A stretch of 63,568 nucleotides of DNA, the filler included, from Sluysia triapertura (lineage: Eukaryota), in assembly GCA_046118255.1 (NCBI GenBank). It is 5 parts of 5 records of this genome, joined end to end, with 100 filler letters (N's around TTAATTAATTAA, not from the genome) between each part and the next. Parts side by side here need not be neighbours in the genome. Positions count along the whole stretch, not along the records: positions 13,050 to 25,563 come from JBJNIA010102101.1; positions 25,664 to 39,263 come from JBJNIA010029831.1; 3 more parts are not named here. One strand, 5' to 3'. The notes below the pieces were generated by a model that searched no databases, was not told the DNA's origin, and saw only the letters and a program-made list of their open reading frames with translations. Numbering within the stretch: the first letter of the stretch is position 1; each line of letters starts with the position of its first letter. This document shows, piece by piece, positions 13,901 through 26,342 of the stretch. The translations under genes were made by a program, and so were the position numbers.

Positions 13901-14449
13901 ATGAATAATCCTAATTCGACTACTGTAACTTTATGTTTTCATGATAGAAATTTGGCTCCCGACGAATTTTTAAATGATTATGGTTACCCTCTTGGAATTC
14001 ACGATGATATATTAAAAGCTACTATTGTTTATGATATACCCCTTAGTTGTTCTACTCCCAATAATATTATTAAAAATAAAATAGATAAGGATTACTTAAC
14101 CCCTACATTTACGAGTAATAATAATAAATTTGAGAATAACATTACAAATACTGATAATGAACAGCCCGATTATGTAGTGGATTTAAATGACAATCCACAT
14201 ACAGAGACATTAAATAAAGAAACCAATATTCTGAAGAGAAGACTAGGCAGACCAAGAAAAAAAGAGTATAGTGATCAGTTAGTAACTTCTAATTTAGTTA
14301 GTAAGGATATAGTAGATTTAACAAAAATTACTTACGATAGAAACACAACTGAATTAGATACAATAAGTTTAATTTACACCCTACTGTCTGATAAATTTGA
14401 TAACTTCCATAAGATTAAATATTTTTACCTAAGATTATGGATAAAGTAA
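13901..14449 (+). CDS. 182-aa ORF of unknown function with an AT-hook-like motif; probably retroelement-borne
   Basis: Longest ORF in the window. Contains KRRLGRPRKK. Lies between an LTR-like 3' end and an env-like fragment. Confidence 0.4.
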   Translation: MNNPNSTTVTLCFHDRNLAPDEFLNDYGYPLGIHDDILKATIVYDIPLSCSTPNNIIKNKIDKDYLTPTFTSNNNKFENNITNTDNEQPDYVVDLNDNPHTETLNKETNILKRRLGRPRKKEYSDQLVTSNLVSKDIVDLTKITYDRNTTELDTISLIYTLLSDKFDNFHKIKYFYLRLWIK

Positions 14450-14802
14450 CGCAACAATTAGAGGAAAAATGTCGAGATAAGGATATAAGTGAGTATAGAG
14501 ACACAGGGCAATATAAGTTAGTAATAGTAAACAAATTAATATCGGCTTAAATAAAGAGAAACTCAAAATTGTAATTGGTCCTATACTATTTCAATGCGAT
14601 AAGACAAGACTTCTTACTACAGAAAAATGGATATAATGATAAAAAAAAGTTATGGATTGAAAGTCAAAGTGGTTGGAAAAATATAATTAAAGCAAAAGAT
14701 AAATTGGATTCTAACGAAACTTTCAATAGGTTTACAAATATATTAGGAAATAATAACGTATTGAGCAATATAATACCTAGGTTAGATAACTCTACTAATA
14801 AT

Positions 14803-14892
14803 ATGTTGTTTGTAATTATTTTACTTGCTGTATTCGGTATAAATAAGACAAGTGAAATTAAAGCATTTGACTGTAGTAGACCACGAATATGA
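14803..14892 (+). mobile_element. N-terminus of an envelope-like glycoprotein (signal peptide plus AFDC motif), truncated
   Basis: MLFVIILLAVFGINKTSEIKAFDCSRPRI* is a hydrophobic signal followed by [A/G][F/Y]DCxxP, as at the start of chuvirus/gB-like Env proteins. It is the end of ORF 14575-14892 and is followed by a 25-nt tandem duplication (~14910-14960). Confidence 0.5.
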
Positions 14893-15529
14893 AGGCAATT
14901 TCGAGCCAAAACGTAATAAAATAAGGATTATGCCAACGTAATAAAATAAGGATTATGCCAACTCCTAAAATAATGTCGGATATATCAGTGTATTCATTAG
15001 AAGAGTCCGACCAACTGAATTTAATTACATTTATAGTTGTTATAATTAATAATAAAAATTAATTAAATACTTCCTCTGGTTAAAATTGATTAAACTATTA
15101 ATACTAATACTGTGCATCAAATTATTTAAATGTGAAATTAGAAACATGAAAAAAGGAATAAGTACAAATACTAATGTAAGATTGTTAGTTATTAAGAAAT
15201 TACTACCTTTATTAGTTTGAATCATAATAATTTCATCAGCTAATTATGAAAACACTTTTAGGTCAGAATATTTCGAATTTCATAATTCAGATAGTGAAGT
15301 AAGAGTTAAAGTTTTGGATAATAATATTCGTGCAAAGTTTACTTGTCTTAGACCGTCGAGGCTTAATTTCAGTATTTGGATAATTCATGAATTACTTATA
15401 AATAATGTAATACATTCTTTTACATTTTGTTCAGATTTACTACCAACAAATGCACTTTTGTCAATTTTATATCTAAAAATGATTTACAAAACTTTGAAAG
15501 CTTAAATCATAATGTTGGACTTCATAAAA

Positions 15530-15601
15530 TGGACTGACCGGAGATCGAACCCGGGACACTTCGCTGTGCAGTTCGATTCTCTACCACTGAGCTATCAGCC
15601 C
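15530..15601 (-). tRNA. tRNA-like (Ala- or Cys-derived) pseudo-tRNA within a dispersed repeat
   Basis: GGGCTGA TA GCTC AGTGGTA GAGA ATCGAACTGCACAGCGAA GTGTC CCGGG TTCGATC TCCGG TCAGTCC A, then TTTT. Has a 7-bp acceptor stem with G3:U70, A and B boxes and a T arm. The anticodon stem pairs poorly. Confidence 0.75.
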
Positions 15602-16413
15602 CATCTAACAATTTTAAATTATTATATTCAATTATACCAAATGGCACTTTAGGCCTGTTTCCCAACAATACACTATTTACAAACGTTATACATCTTTCTT
15701 GTCCCGTTAATTGTTATTATCATTATTATTGTCATTGCTAATTTTTACTACTAATATTATCGACATTCACATTATTAACTTATTTTTAATTTTATGGTGT
15801 CACTTTAAATTCACAATATTGAAAATCAAGATTTAATACAACTTATCAATATCCACAACATTAAATCATAAATCAAATAGATAATAATTAACTTCAAACA
15901 GCACTTGTAACACAAAAACTACGCAATTAAAAAAATTAACCAAGAACTTATTTTATTTTAATAATATACTTAATTGTTGTTGAAATAGAGAAACAAATAT
16001 TGTGATTTATGATTAACCATTCAACTATTTCCACATTTCAGTGTTTTACGAAACAATCAAAGCTTTCAATATTTTTTTATAAATTTATTGTATAACAAAC
16101 TAGCTGACTATTGCATGTAACATTTGTTTTCCACTAATTTTAAATCATGTATTTCATTAATATACATGTCTATAAAAAGACTTATTTCAATTTAACAAAA
16201 TTACAAGTTGACTGGTTTTTTCTCGTAAATCAGTATTAAGAGTAATTTGTACCAAAAATTTTTTGACTAAATTTTGTTTAATTATTTGTAATTTTTGAGA
16301 CACTAAGTAAAATAAAATCACATAAATAATGAATTAAAAAACTGTATTATTAAAATTAAACTATAAAGTATCAAAACTAAATTATTAAAATAGTAATTTC
16401 CTAAACCGAATTT

Positions 16414-16548
16414 CTAAAGTCGTGGTAAAATGTATTTAGCTGCAAACATAAGTAAAGGAGCAGCAGTAGGTAATGATCCAATTGAACCAGCTGAACCTGC
16501 ACAATCCACATGAGTATAGGGAAGAGGCTTAGCAGAAGTACGACTATG
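16414..16548 (-). CDS. M17 leucyl aminopeptidase, terminal exon
   Basis: Acceptor ttgcag, then HSRTSAKPLPYTHVDCAGSAGSIGSLPTAAPLLMFAAKYILPRL* (TAG). HxDxAG is the M17 C-terminal motif. 135 nt, phase 0. Confidence 0.93.
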   Translation of the reverse strand, partial: HSRTSAKPLPYTHVDCAGSAGSIGSLPTAAPLLMFAAKYILPRL

Positions 16549-17115
16549 CTGCAATTACAAAACAATTAAGCAATAAATTAATATGAAAATATTGTTTTAA
16601 CATAAAAATTCAATGCTAAGGATTTCTTAAATTTGCTTAAATTTATTCTTATTATTTTTACTTATTCTTAAATAAATTCTTATTATTTCCAAGAATAAGC
16701 ATAAGAATAAAATCAAAGGGTTAATTGTTTAAAAAAATTAACTTAATGTCAGCACAAAATTAAATATTTTGTATTAATACAAAATTAAAAATTGTATTAA
16801 CAATCATGAATATAAATTCTAGTTCGATTTTGAAAATATGCAAATGAAAGTTTGCTTTTAAAATTTTCTTTAAAAATTTATATCGCTTAAATAGATATAG
16901 TTTACAGAGATTCAAATAAACTTTGCTTTACAAAAGTTATAATAAATTCAAGTCACGTCAAGTAATCTCTTGCACCATAGAGATTATTCAGAACTGTCAC
17001 TATTGTTTGAAATAGAAACTCAAATTTAATTAAAGTTTCAATTCGCTGTCTCCAATAATTAATTAAATAATGTATACTCTAAAGTTATATTTTAAAATAA
17101 TAGAATAAAAAACTA

Positions 17116-17683
17116 ACGGATAACTCCAAATAGTGTCACCAAAAAATGTCATCTTAGCATATAAACTGGGGACACTATTTGGTTTTTATGAAAATAAAAA
17201 GGTTTCATAAAAAACAAGTCTCTTAATGAATTTATTCGTCTTCTATTTCAAGTTCGTCCGATTCATCGGAAACATCAAGTGGTTCAATAGATCGATCTCC
17301 TTTGTAAATAAATTCTCCGTAGACATCATGCTTTGCTATATTGATTATATCTTGGGTATTCTAAGCCCAGCTTTTGGTCGTTGTCATTAATCAATTATGG
17401 TTTACAATTGACGTCTGGTCTTTATGAATAATAAAGGGTGTAGCTTTTTGTCCAATGACCCAAACAGAAAGAGCATCCGTTACTTTCACTGAAGAAAATA
17501 CTGTTGGCCTCATGACGACATGCCTTCTTCATTTCAGATCAATGGTTTGAGTCCTATTTTCTTCGAAATGGACAGATATTTCGTCCATTAGTATTGTTTT
17601 CCATACGTTTATTGTTGGTATTAAAACAACATTTATTAAAAAAATATTTTACTTAATTGTTGATACTATTTGGAGTTATCTGT
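17116..17683 (-). mobile_element. Internally deleted pogo/Tc2-type (DDE_1) DNA transposon in a LAP intron
   Basis: TIRs ACGGATAACTCCAAATAGTGTCA and TGATACTATTTGGAGTTATCTGT, with TA on both sides and a subterminal inverted copy at ~17168-17182. The minus strand reads ILMDEISVHFEENRTQTIDLK*RRHVVMRPTVFSSVKVTDALSVWVIGQKATPFIIHK, matching the pogo MDET...G.K.PP.II.K region. Confidence 0.88.
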
Positions 17684-18160
17684 TATTTATGAAAAATAAA
17701 CAATATTAGGAGATAGAAACCACTTAATTTATTTAATTTTATTTATTTATATTTTTTAATCTAGGTCAATTTCTTCTATTATGTATTATTAGCCATAACA
17801 TTTATTTATTTCCATCCTACATTGTGCTAGTATGTTATGTTAGTATTCATTTTTCATTTCTATTTTATTAAAATCATGTTTCTTCATTCTTTCGGTGCTT
17901 CTGCTTAATTCATAGTTTGTGTTCTTGCTAATTGAGTGTGGTGCGTTTTACTTCGCATTTTTATATTTCTATTTTCGTTTTTGGTTACTTTATTATTGAG
18001 TTAGAAGCCATTTTTAAAGCATTTCTATTTTAGTTTTGTATTTCTAAGCTTTCTCTTTGATACTACGAAAACAATTAGTTTTAATTAATTCATTAAGTTT
18101 TAATTAAATTATGAAGTTAAATTATTTTAAAAGTATCAATTATTTTCATTTTTTGCATCT

Positions 18161-18162
<2 letters not shown>

Positions 18163-18216
<54 letters not shown>
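18163..18216. repeat. (AAT)18 microsatellite
   Basis: Read directly from the sequence. Confidence 0.95.
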
Positions 18217-18217
<1 letters not shown>

Positions 18218-18406
18218 TGCTGTTGAATTTAAAAAATTATCACATAGTTTTCAACTTAATTAGACATAAGTACAATTCTTCCAAAAATAAGTATTAACGA
18301 TTTAGTTATTTTAGAATTAACGCTTTTGTATATAAGTTGATAAAGTTTTCAATATTTTACATACTATAAATACAAAGGCAAAATATTATACAATACAATA
18401 ATGAAC

Positions 18407-18559
18407 CTTATCTAAACCACTTGCTAAAATTAAGAATGCAGCTGGAGATTGATGTCCTCGAGATGTATTAGAACTTGGTTGATTATTACATTGAAGAACG
18501 TCTTCATATTCTTTAAATCCTCGATGAAATAGCACATCTTCTCTACGAATTGTTGATAT
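18407..18559 (-). CDS. M17 leucyl aminopeptidase, internal exon
   Basis: tattag|ISTIRREDVLFHRGFKEYEDVLQCNNQPSSNTSRGHQSPAAFLILASGLDK|gttcat. 153 nt, phase 0/0. Confidence 0.93.
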
Positions 18560-18562
18560 CTA

Positions 18563-18607
<45 letters not shown>

Positions 18608-18612
18608 CTAAC

Positions 18613-18699
18613 CTCAACTGGTTCAGCTAATAAATTTCCAGCTTCTTGTAATGATTTGGGAATATTTTTATCACAAGAAGGACCATTACCAAGAACTGC
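18613..18699 (-). CDS. M17 leucyl aminopeptidase, internal exon
   Basis: taacag|AVLGNGPSCDKNIPKSLQEAGNLLAEPVE|gttagg. 87 nt, phase 0/0. Confidence 0.92.
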
Positions 18700-19338
18700 C
18701 TGTTACAAAATTTAACAGTTAATTATAAAAATTCAATTGGCAATAATAAATAAAACAAAATCTGTGTCAATATTACAAAAAATATCAAAACCATTATTTA
18801 TTCTATGATCGAAAAATATTCAATATTTTCTGCATTGATAAAAGCTAATAGAAAATTTAAATTTACGTAGATATTTGAAATATAAAAAATCTGAATATTT
18901 GCTGAAACCTTGTGAAATTTTTCATTATCTAAATACCACTTATGACTAGTTTATTTTTCTAAGTTTTATGAAATTATATTCAAAACTCTTTCAACATTGT
19001 ATAATTAAATTGTCTAAAAGAAATTTCATAAAATACTAGTTTTATATCAAGAATTTAACAATTCTATTGAAGTTTATTAACTTTTTAGTTCACTGCTATA
19101 ATTGCGTTTGTAGGACATTATGTGTTTTACAGAAAAATAATAAATTACAATAGAAACTTCAAAAATATTACGAGTTAGTTTGTTATAAAACTCTATTTGA
19201 GATAAATTTATTTTTTAAATTTAATTATGACACGTAATGAATTAAATAGGTGATTGTGAAAAATGTATATTATAGTAATTGTCAATAATCTACAATAAGT
19301 GTTAAATTTTGTATATTTATAAATTCAAAACAATTAAC

Positions 19339-19422
19339 CGTATAATTAGGACCATATGCTCTGATGACATGACCAGTTAAAGTAGCCACTGTGAATAAAG
19401 ATGGATTTACAGAGTTGACAGC
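19339..19422 (-). CDS. M17 leucyl aminopeptidase, internal exon
   Basis: ttttag|AVNSVNPSLFTVATLTGHVIRAYGPNYT|gttaat. Contains the ATLTG motif. 84 nt. Confidence 0.94.
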
Positions 19423-19568
19423 CTAAAATTATAAATAATAAATTATTTTATTTATAACAAACAAAGAATGTTTATTCTGCATATTAATTCTTTAATATTT
19501 TAATTTATCATTACAATTATTTTCATTAATTACTATTTTAAATTATAAAACTATATTAAATAACTTAC

Positions 19569-19763
19569 CATTTCTTTAGCTTGGCACAATAAATCTGCCA
19601 TAACCATTCGGCCTTCGGCATCAGTGTTTCCAACACGCACACGAACATTAGCACGTGAGGTTATAATTTCATCAGCAACATACGATGAAGAGCCAAAACT
19701 ATTACGTACATAAGCTAATAATCCAACGACTTTAATTTTTTTCGGCTTTAATAATGATAATGC
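19569..19763 (-). CDS. M17 leucyl aminopeptidase, catalytic exon
   Basis: attcag|ALSLLKPKKIKVVGLLAYVRNSFGSSSYVADEIITSRANVRVRVGNTDAEGRMVMADLLCQAKEM|gtaagt. NTDAEGR is the cytosol aminopeptidase signature. 195 nt. Confidence 0.97.
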
Positions 19764-21689
19764 CTGAATAATTATGAAAATTTTAAAAACTATTTCTAAT
19801 TAACTTATAAAAATACAACTAAAAATAAATTAATTAATTATAAAATATTAAATTAATAAATTAATGTTCTTATATCATAAAATAAAAAATATAATTTCAA
19901 ACATAAAAATAATCTAAAATACCTTAGTAATTTTACAAGAAATATCTTAAGATTAACTATAATCAAAATAAATGATACAAATAAAAAGAGAGCGTAAATT
20001 TAAATTCACCATATTTAATTATCAAATCAAAAAGTATGGATCAAATATTAGTGTCAAAAAAACTGTGCCGAAATGAAATCAAGCAAAAACCAACAAATAA
20101 AAGTAAAATAGACGAATACGAATGCATATATAAAAATTATAATTAAATAAATATTACACTAGAAATTAAATAACACATAAATGAAATTTCCTATACTATA
20201 ATGATATATTTTATATTTTAACTATAGTAAAAAACAGTATAAAAATGACATCACAAAATTATTAAAAAACCAGACCGGATTTATTTAAAAATTCTTTTAT
20301 TACCGCTACTATTACCACATTTTGAAATTATCGGAGTTTTATATTAAATTTTTTTATCGAGTATTATTAAAAATAACAGTAAAAGCAGACAATTATTTTA
20401 ATAGGATTTAACTACTTATATCCAACGCGTATTTTTACATTGAATTAATATTATAAAGTATAAATTTCAACATTTATTCTCGAAATTGAATTTAACTGAT
20501 AAATGAACTATTATTCATTCGCTAAATATTTACTATTCTGGCCAACCTCATTTGTTTTTTCATTATTATTCTTTCATCTAAAATCACTTATTTAATTATG
20601 TTTTATCCCAATAACTGTACTATTATTGTACTGTTAATTGTAATTATATTGTTATTACATTTTTATAAATCTTAGCTACTGGATTAGTTTAAAGATTTAA
20701 ATTCGGCTTTCCATCAAAAACAATAAAAGCTGATATAGATAAAACTAACCCTCATGTGAAATAAAAGTTACGCATCAAATTTTAAAGTCAAATATCTTTG
20801 CTAAAAGGAAATAAATGTGCACTGAATTAAACGAATCAACTGCATTAAGCTTTTTTTAAGTTAATCTGTTATGTAAGGGAAGATGAAAACAAAACTTTAT
20901 TGTGAGTATTATATTATTAATGTAATATGTAAATAATTAATATAATTATTGATTAATTTAATAATGCAAATAATTTTAATTTAATTTCGGAAAGTACTAA
21001 TTGTAAAAATACAATTAACTATTTCGTTCAATCTAATTTTAATTTATATTTAACATTAATCATCTCGATTTTATAATTTATCTGATACGAATAATTAATA
21101 TAATTGATTTTCCTAATTAACACAAATAAATAATATAATTTGATCGACATACGAATATAATCTTCAAAAAGCTCACACAACAAAGGAAAAAATTCCTAAA
21201 AACAAGTTTCACTTTATTGAATAGAAATCTTTCTCTGGAAAATTTACTGTCGATTTTGGCTAAAAAACCACCAACTAGATATAAATTTAAATTCTTCGAA
21301 ACAAAGAAAAATCTATTAATCTTTTTGAAATTCCAATTTTACAAGTTATCAGAAAGCTTTATTCACTCTCTTCTTATTTGGAATTTTCATGATTATGTCT
21401 CAGAATAAGTAAGCTTATTGTCAATAGGCTAAGAATTAATATTTTTTGCTTTAAAATCTAGGTAAAATCATCATTAAATTAAAAAATCAAAGCATTCGCC
21501 TGGATCAAAATCATTATTAAAATTATATTTTTATTATTCGAAGGAACAATCCTCGATAATTAATAATTGATATTTTATAATTAATATACATTTTTGTTTG
21601 TATATATTTTTTTCTGTAACGAATAAATTTATACATATTGTTAATTCTTTTCATTGAAAGTATCAAAAGTAGATTTAGAATAGAAAGAT

Positions 21690-21960
21690 ATACATAATAA
21701 GAAAAATAAAAGTAAGGATTGTAAAAAGGTAGTTAAATTGACATACACGAGTAAAGAGTACATAACTTTAAAAGTAAAGTGGTAGTTGTTAATCCGTAAT
21801 TGTAAGATAAGGTACAAGAAAGTAAAAATACTGACCCTTGTTAACTACATTGCTGCAAGATTTAAGGTATTCCTGATTTGCCTGTAAATACGTCTTTCTC
21901 TTAATATAAATCGTATGTCACAGGTGGACCCGTACGATTTAATAATTTCACAATTGTTCA
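21690..21960 (+). mobile_element. LTR-like repeat fragment (family C) in a LAP intron
   Basis: Resembles 13550-13855, including the CAGGTGGACCC and AATTGTTC motifs. Confidence 0.45.
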
Positions 21961-23247
21961 GAATTAAAAGAGATTCGAACATTAACACAATATATTAAAA
22001 GACTTGTACATTTCTGCATCATAAAGATAAGAATTAACTTTCGTTTCTGAAATTAAACATTTTGAAACTAATTTCACCAGGAATAAGAATGTTTGACTTT
22101 TCTTCAGAAAATTTGTTAAAGATGTAAAATAATTGTCTGTAGTAACATTGTAATTTTTAAAAGTGATCCTGGTAAATCTTTCTATGTACTTCTTCCATCA
22201 TCAGTTTTTTATCGACTAATATGTAGCACGTAAGTAATACATTAATTGGTTTCATCATCAAAAATGATCCAAAATTTCATTCCATCTATGTCTAGTCTTG
22301 ATGAAATGTATTAAATCAATTGCAATATAAGGTAGTAAATATTCATTAATTTGCAAGTCTTGAATATGATTAATCGCAAAATAATTATATAAGAGAATTA
22401 ATACAAAACTTTTATCTTTTACTCTATAAGATTTGCTTTCCATATCGTCAATGTGATATATTGTAATGTATCGATAAATCTTTTACGTGACTTTGTCTTT
22501 CTAAATATTTAACTTCCAATCACTGTGCTTTACAATTATGATATCCCAAAATTTCTCTACAATAGACAAATTAAATACACTTTTCATATCAAGGACAGAA
22601 GTCTTCAATGATCATATTTTTCAATATGTTTACATACTTAAAAAAATCTTCAAGCATTTTAAACCTTTTTAAAGCTGTTTCAACAGAATATATTCATTTT
22701 CAAAAAGATATGAAACTAGATCATTCATTGAAAATATATTACAAATATGTATGAAACCAAGTTAAATAAATTCAACGTTTTTGTGAGAAAAGTAATATTC
22801 ATGTGAATCATAATGTAAAGTTATACTAAAATGTTCTGCTTTAATCAGAAATACATAAATCGTATAACGTTTGCATTATAGATACATCATTCATAAATTT
22901 GTGAACATCGATCAATTTTTCTTGTTCTAAATCAGAATATGAAATACCATTTATAGCAATCTTTTTTATTTTAAATTTCTTGCACATTAAAACAAAAAAT
23001 CAATAAAGATAACATATGCAAACAAAGAAGCTCTGAAAACAATCTTAATGACATTATTCTACTTATTTTCCAATGGCATTTCAATATGAAATGAATTATG
23101 CATAACATTTTGACTTTGATTATGAATAATTAATTTTACTTAACCAATTCATAAATTGTTTACATTTTTAATATAAATTTTAACTTGAATATAAAAAAAC
23201 GTTTTCAGCATTACATTTGACTAAATATATATATAAAGAAAAAATAC

Positions 23248-23438
23248 TTTGAAAAAACCCGTAATAGCTGCAGCACCGCATTTATCTCTATGCATACCAG
23301 CCATAATACCACCAGCTTTTACATCGGCTCCCCCAGTATCAAAAGTGATGCCTTTACCAACTAAGAATATAGTCTCATCGACAGCATCATTAGAATCATA
23401 TTCCAAGTTTATGACGACACCGTTATGTCTTTCAACAT
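23248..23438 (-). CDS. M17 leucyl aminopeptidase, first exon found (5' exons not found before the contig ends at 25563)
   Basis: aactag|xVERHNGVVINLEYDSNDAVDETIFLVGKGITFDTGGADVKAGGIMAGMHRDKCGAAAITGFFK|gtattt. Metal-binding K and D residues (GKGITFDTGG, RDKCGAA) are intact. Confidence 0.96.
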
Positions 23439-25146
23439 CTAGTTTTTATGCAATAACATTAATTATTTATTGATAATTATAATAAAAAATTGTAACAAAA
23501 TTATAGTACATTTCAAATTTAAAACTGAAAATGTGAATTTTAATTTATTTGTTTGTTAAACAAACTTAAAATAGTAGATAATTCTTGAACAGAATATTAT
23601 TTGATAATCACTTTATATAAACAGACAAATAATTCAATATATTACTACCTAACGTCCCAACATCCGAAAGACTAACGTTTTCGATCTTAAGAATTGGATA
23701 TAAAAATAAGATATGGAAAATAATAATGAATTTAATATAATGTAATAAAATTTATAATTTTATAAAATATTGACTGCATTAAAAGATTTTTATGGACATA
23801 ATCACATTTTTCAGTTTACTTAAAAATTTAAGTTTCAAAACAAATATTAAATCTACAAAAATCTATTAATTATATTAAATATTGATCCAAAATCTTAAAT
23901 ATCTTAATTTAGTCTCAAAAATGTTTAAACAGAATTTATTTAATACTTAAATAAGTTTTTATATATAATTAGTATATTCTATTATTTATATGTTTCATAT
24001 AAGATAACGTTGAAATAAATGGAAATGTGCCTGAGAAATGGCAGATGAAATAAGAGATTTCACTTAAAAAGTTCTAACATTTGACTAATTAATTTGTGTT
24101 TTCCAATGTTTCTATGGTTATACATAAGATGCTTGCTTGGTTTTTCCTTCACTTTTGATTCAAAGTGATTTATTGATGCCTACATTATTCACCAGTCCTG
24201 ATGGTTCCAATAACTCATGATGCATACCAAGTACAGAATGACCTTCATTTTCCTCTGATTCTGTCAGCTGACCTAATTTCTCTTTGATGGAGCAACATCA
24301 AAAACAAACACTAGTATACAACATTTTTCAAACAGATTTTTGATAAAATATTGTAATAAAATGAACAATATTTAAAAGTTATAAATTTTTAAACATTCAA
24401 ATGAAAATATTACTTCTTGCATTATTACAGACAATAAATTCAACATTGACTTATGACTCACCATATAATACTCATTTTTTACTAACTCTCTAATTATTTT
24501 AACATCTAAACTATAAACTAATTTTGTTTACGCACTTAAAAGAATATTTATAGGATTGTGCAATTTTATAATAAACACTTAAAATTTCATATTACGTGTT
24601 TAATTTTAAGTGTTTATGAAATTACATAACCCTGTAAATTGTTTCAAATAATCCATTAAAACTTAATTTTGAAATCCTACAAAAAACAGTGTACATGAGA
24701 AAGCTATAGCAGGTAAAATATCAAGTGTTGTTGCTTCAACTAATACTGTGGATTACTTGTCACCCTTAATTGTATCACACAATAATGCTAAAATATATAA
24801 AATCGTATTTTCATTCATACGTAATTGCCAAGAGCAAGAAAATAACTTGATACTCTCAGAAGAAATATACATTTTGATCGTGTTATGGCCGAACAAAGGT
24901 CGTGACTAATAATGAAGTTTTTTGCTTTTCAAATTGAAAATAAAATCTTAAATGAATATTTTGTTGCCCAACAATCAAAGTTTAATCTTTCGTAATATTA
25001 GGTAAACTGAGCTGACCGAAATTAATGTGACAATAATTTTGATGTAAGAGCATGAAACAAATAAGAATCTTATATTTTACAAAATACTCGGCCAATCAAG
25101 AATACAAACAGCGTAGCGTATAACATACTGCATGTTCGTCTTATAA

Positions 25147-25332
25147 CACATTCTTTGCGGGAAATGAGTTAACATAAATAGATTTTTCAAAATATTGATA
25201 ATTCAAACAAAAAATGTAATTATAATAAATAATCATAAGATAAAAAACTGAAAGATTTATTTTTTGCGCAAATGTCCAAAAATCGCTCGCTTTTCAGCTT
25301 GGATTGGAGCAAAATATCCCGCATAGAATGTG
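25147..25332. mobile_element. piggyBac-like MITE (186 bp)
   Basis: TIRs CACATTCTTTGCGGG and CCCGCATAGAATGTG (14/15 match), flanked by ATAA on the left and TTAA on the right. Confidence 0.7.
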
Positions 25333-25563
25333 TTAAAACTTAATTTTTGATTTAAGTGATGTTACATAGTGCTTAAAACATTATAAACAATTTTTCAAAT
25401 ATTGAAAGACGAATTCATATGATTACTACTACATTTCAGTAGACAATGAAAAAACATTTCATACCAGCAACAGAACTTTGAACAAAGTCCAAAGTTTACA
25501 TTGTATTTATATAAATGTAATTTTCAAATTAGTAAAATATGTATAATGCACTGAAATATGATG

Positions 25564-25663
25564 NNNNNNNNNNNNNNNNNNNNNNNNNNNNNNNNNNNNN
25601 NNNNNNNTTAATTAATTAANNNNNNNNNNNNNNNNNNNNNNNNNNNNNNNNNNNNNNNNNNNN
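25564..25663. other. Artificial contig spacer (44 N + TTAATTAATTAA + 44 N)
   Basis: Same 100-nt spacer. Confidence 0.95.
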
Positions 25664-25980
25664 ATTTTATCCTAATACTAATTCAAATATTTTATATTCT
25701 ATATTATTTAAATCTAATATTAATATTTAAATCGAATACTTTATTATAGTATTATTTCTAATATTTTATTTTATATTATTTAAATCTAATATTTTATTCT
25801 TTATTATTTATACTATATTATTTTATCCTAATGCTAATTCTAATATTTTATATTTTATTCTATATCATTTAAATCTAATATTATTTCTAAATAATTTATT
25901 TTTATATTATTTAATTCTATTATTTTATTCAAATATTAATTCTAATACTTTTATTCTATATAATTTTATTCTAATATTCT
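25664..25980. repeat. Degenerate AT-rich tandem repeat (TATTTTATTCTATATTATTTAAATCTAA-like)
   Basis: Recurring TATTATTTAAATCTAATATT and TTTTATCCTAAT units at a contig start. Confidence 0.75.
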
Positions 25981-26273
25981 GCAGAATTGCAAATTGATTC
26001 ATGTTCATATTTGCGATGAAATTATTTTTTATTGTCATTATATTATCGAAATTAATTTGTCGAATGACATTTGTCGAAGAAATTGTTTGAAAGAGAATGT
26101 CATAGTGCAATTTAATTCGAAGTTTAATTAAATGCTATTGAGCTGCGTTGTTTACAAATTCAGTTTATTATTATATGTGCACAATGAGAAAAATATTAGA
26201 TTTAACTTTGACAGTCGAACAATTGAAAAAGAAAAAGTGTTGTCTAGGTTACTTCTACTTTTAATAAATTGGT

Positions 26274-26275
<2 letters not shown>

Positions 26276-26342
<67 letters not shown>
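26276..26342. repeat. (AAT)18 microsatellite with a GAT-interrupted tail
   Basis: Read directly; it accounts for the poly-Asn in ORF 26132-26386. Confidence 0.95.

Noticed and set aside
15346-15366. TTAG-A-CC-GTCGA-GG-CTTAA as a ninth bulged-A hairpin
   Set aside because: The loop lacks GTAA, the stem is imperfect and it lies outside family D; could be chance.
23249-23473. Plus-strand ORF MKKPVIAAAP...
   Set aside because: Antisense shadow of the aminopeptidase exon. ORFs 183-383, 8422-8646, 14664-14909, 28666-28851 and 47709-47918 are likewise shadows of called features.
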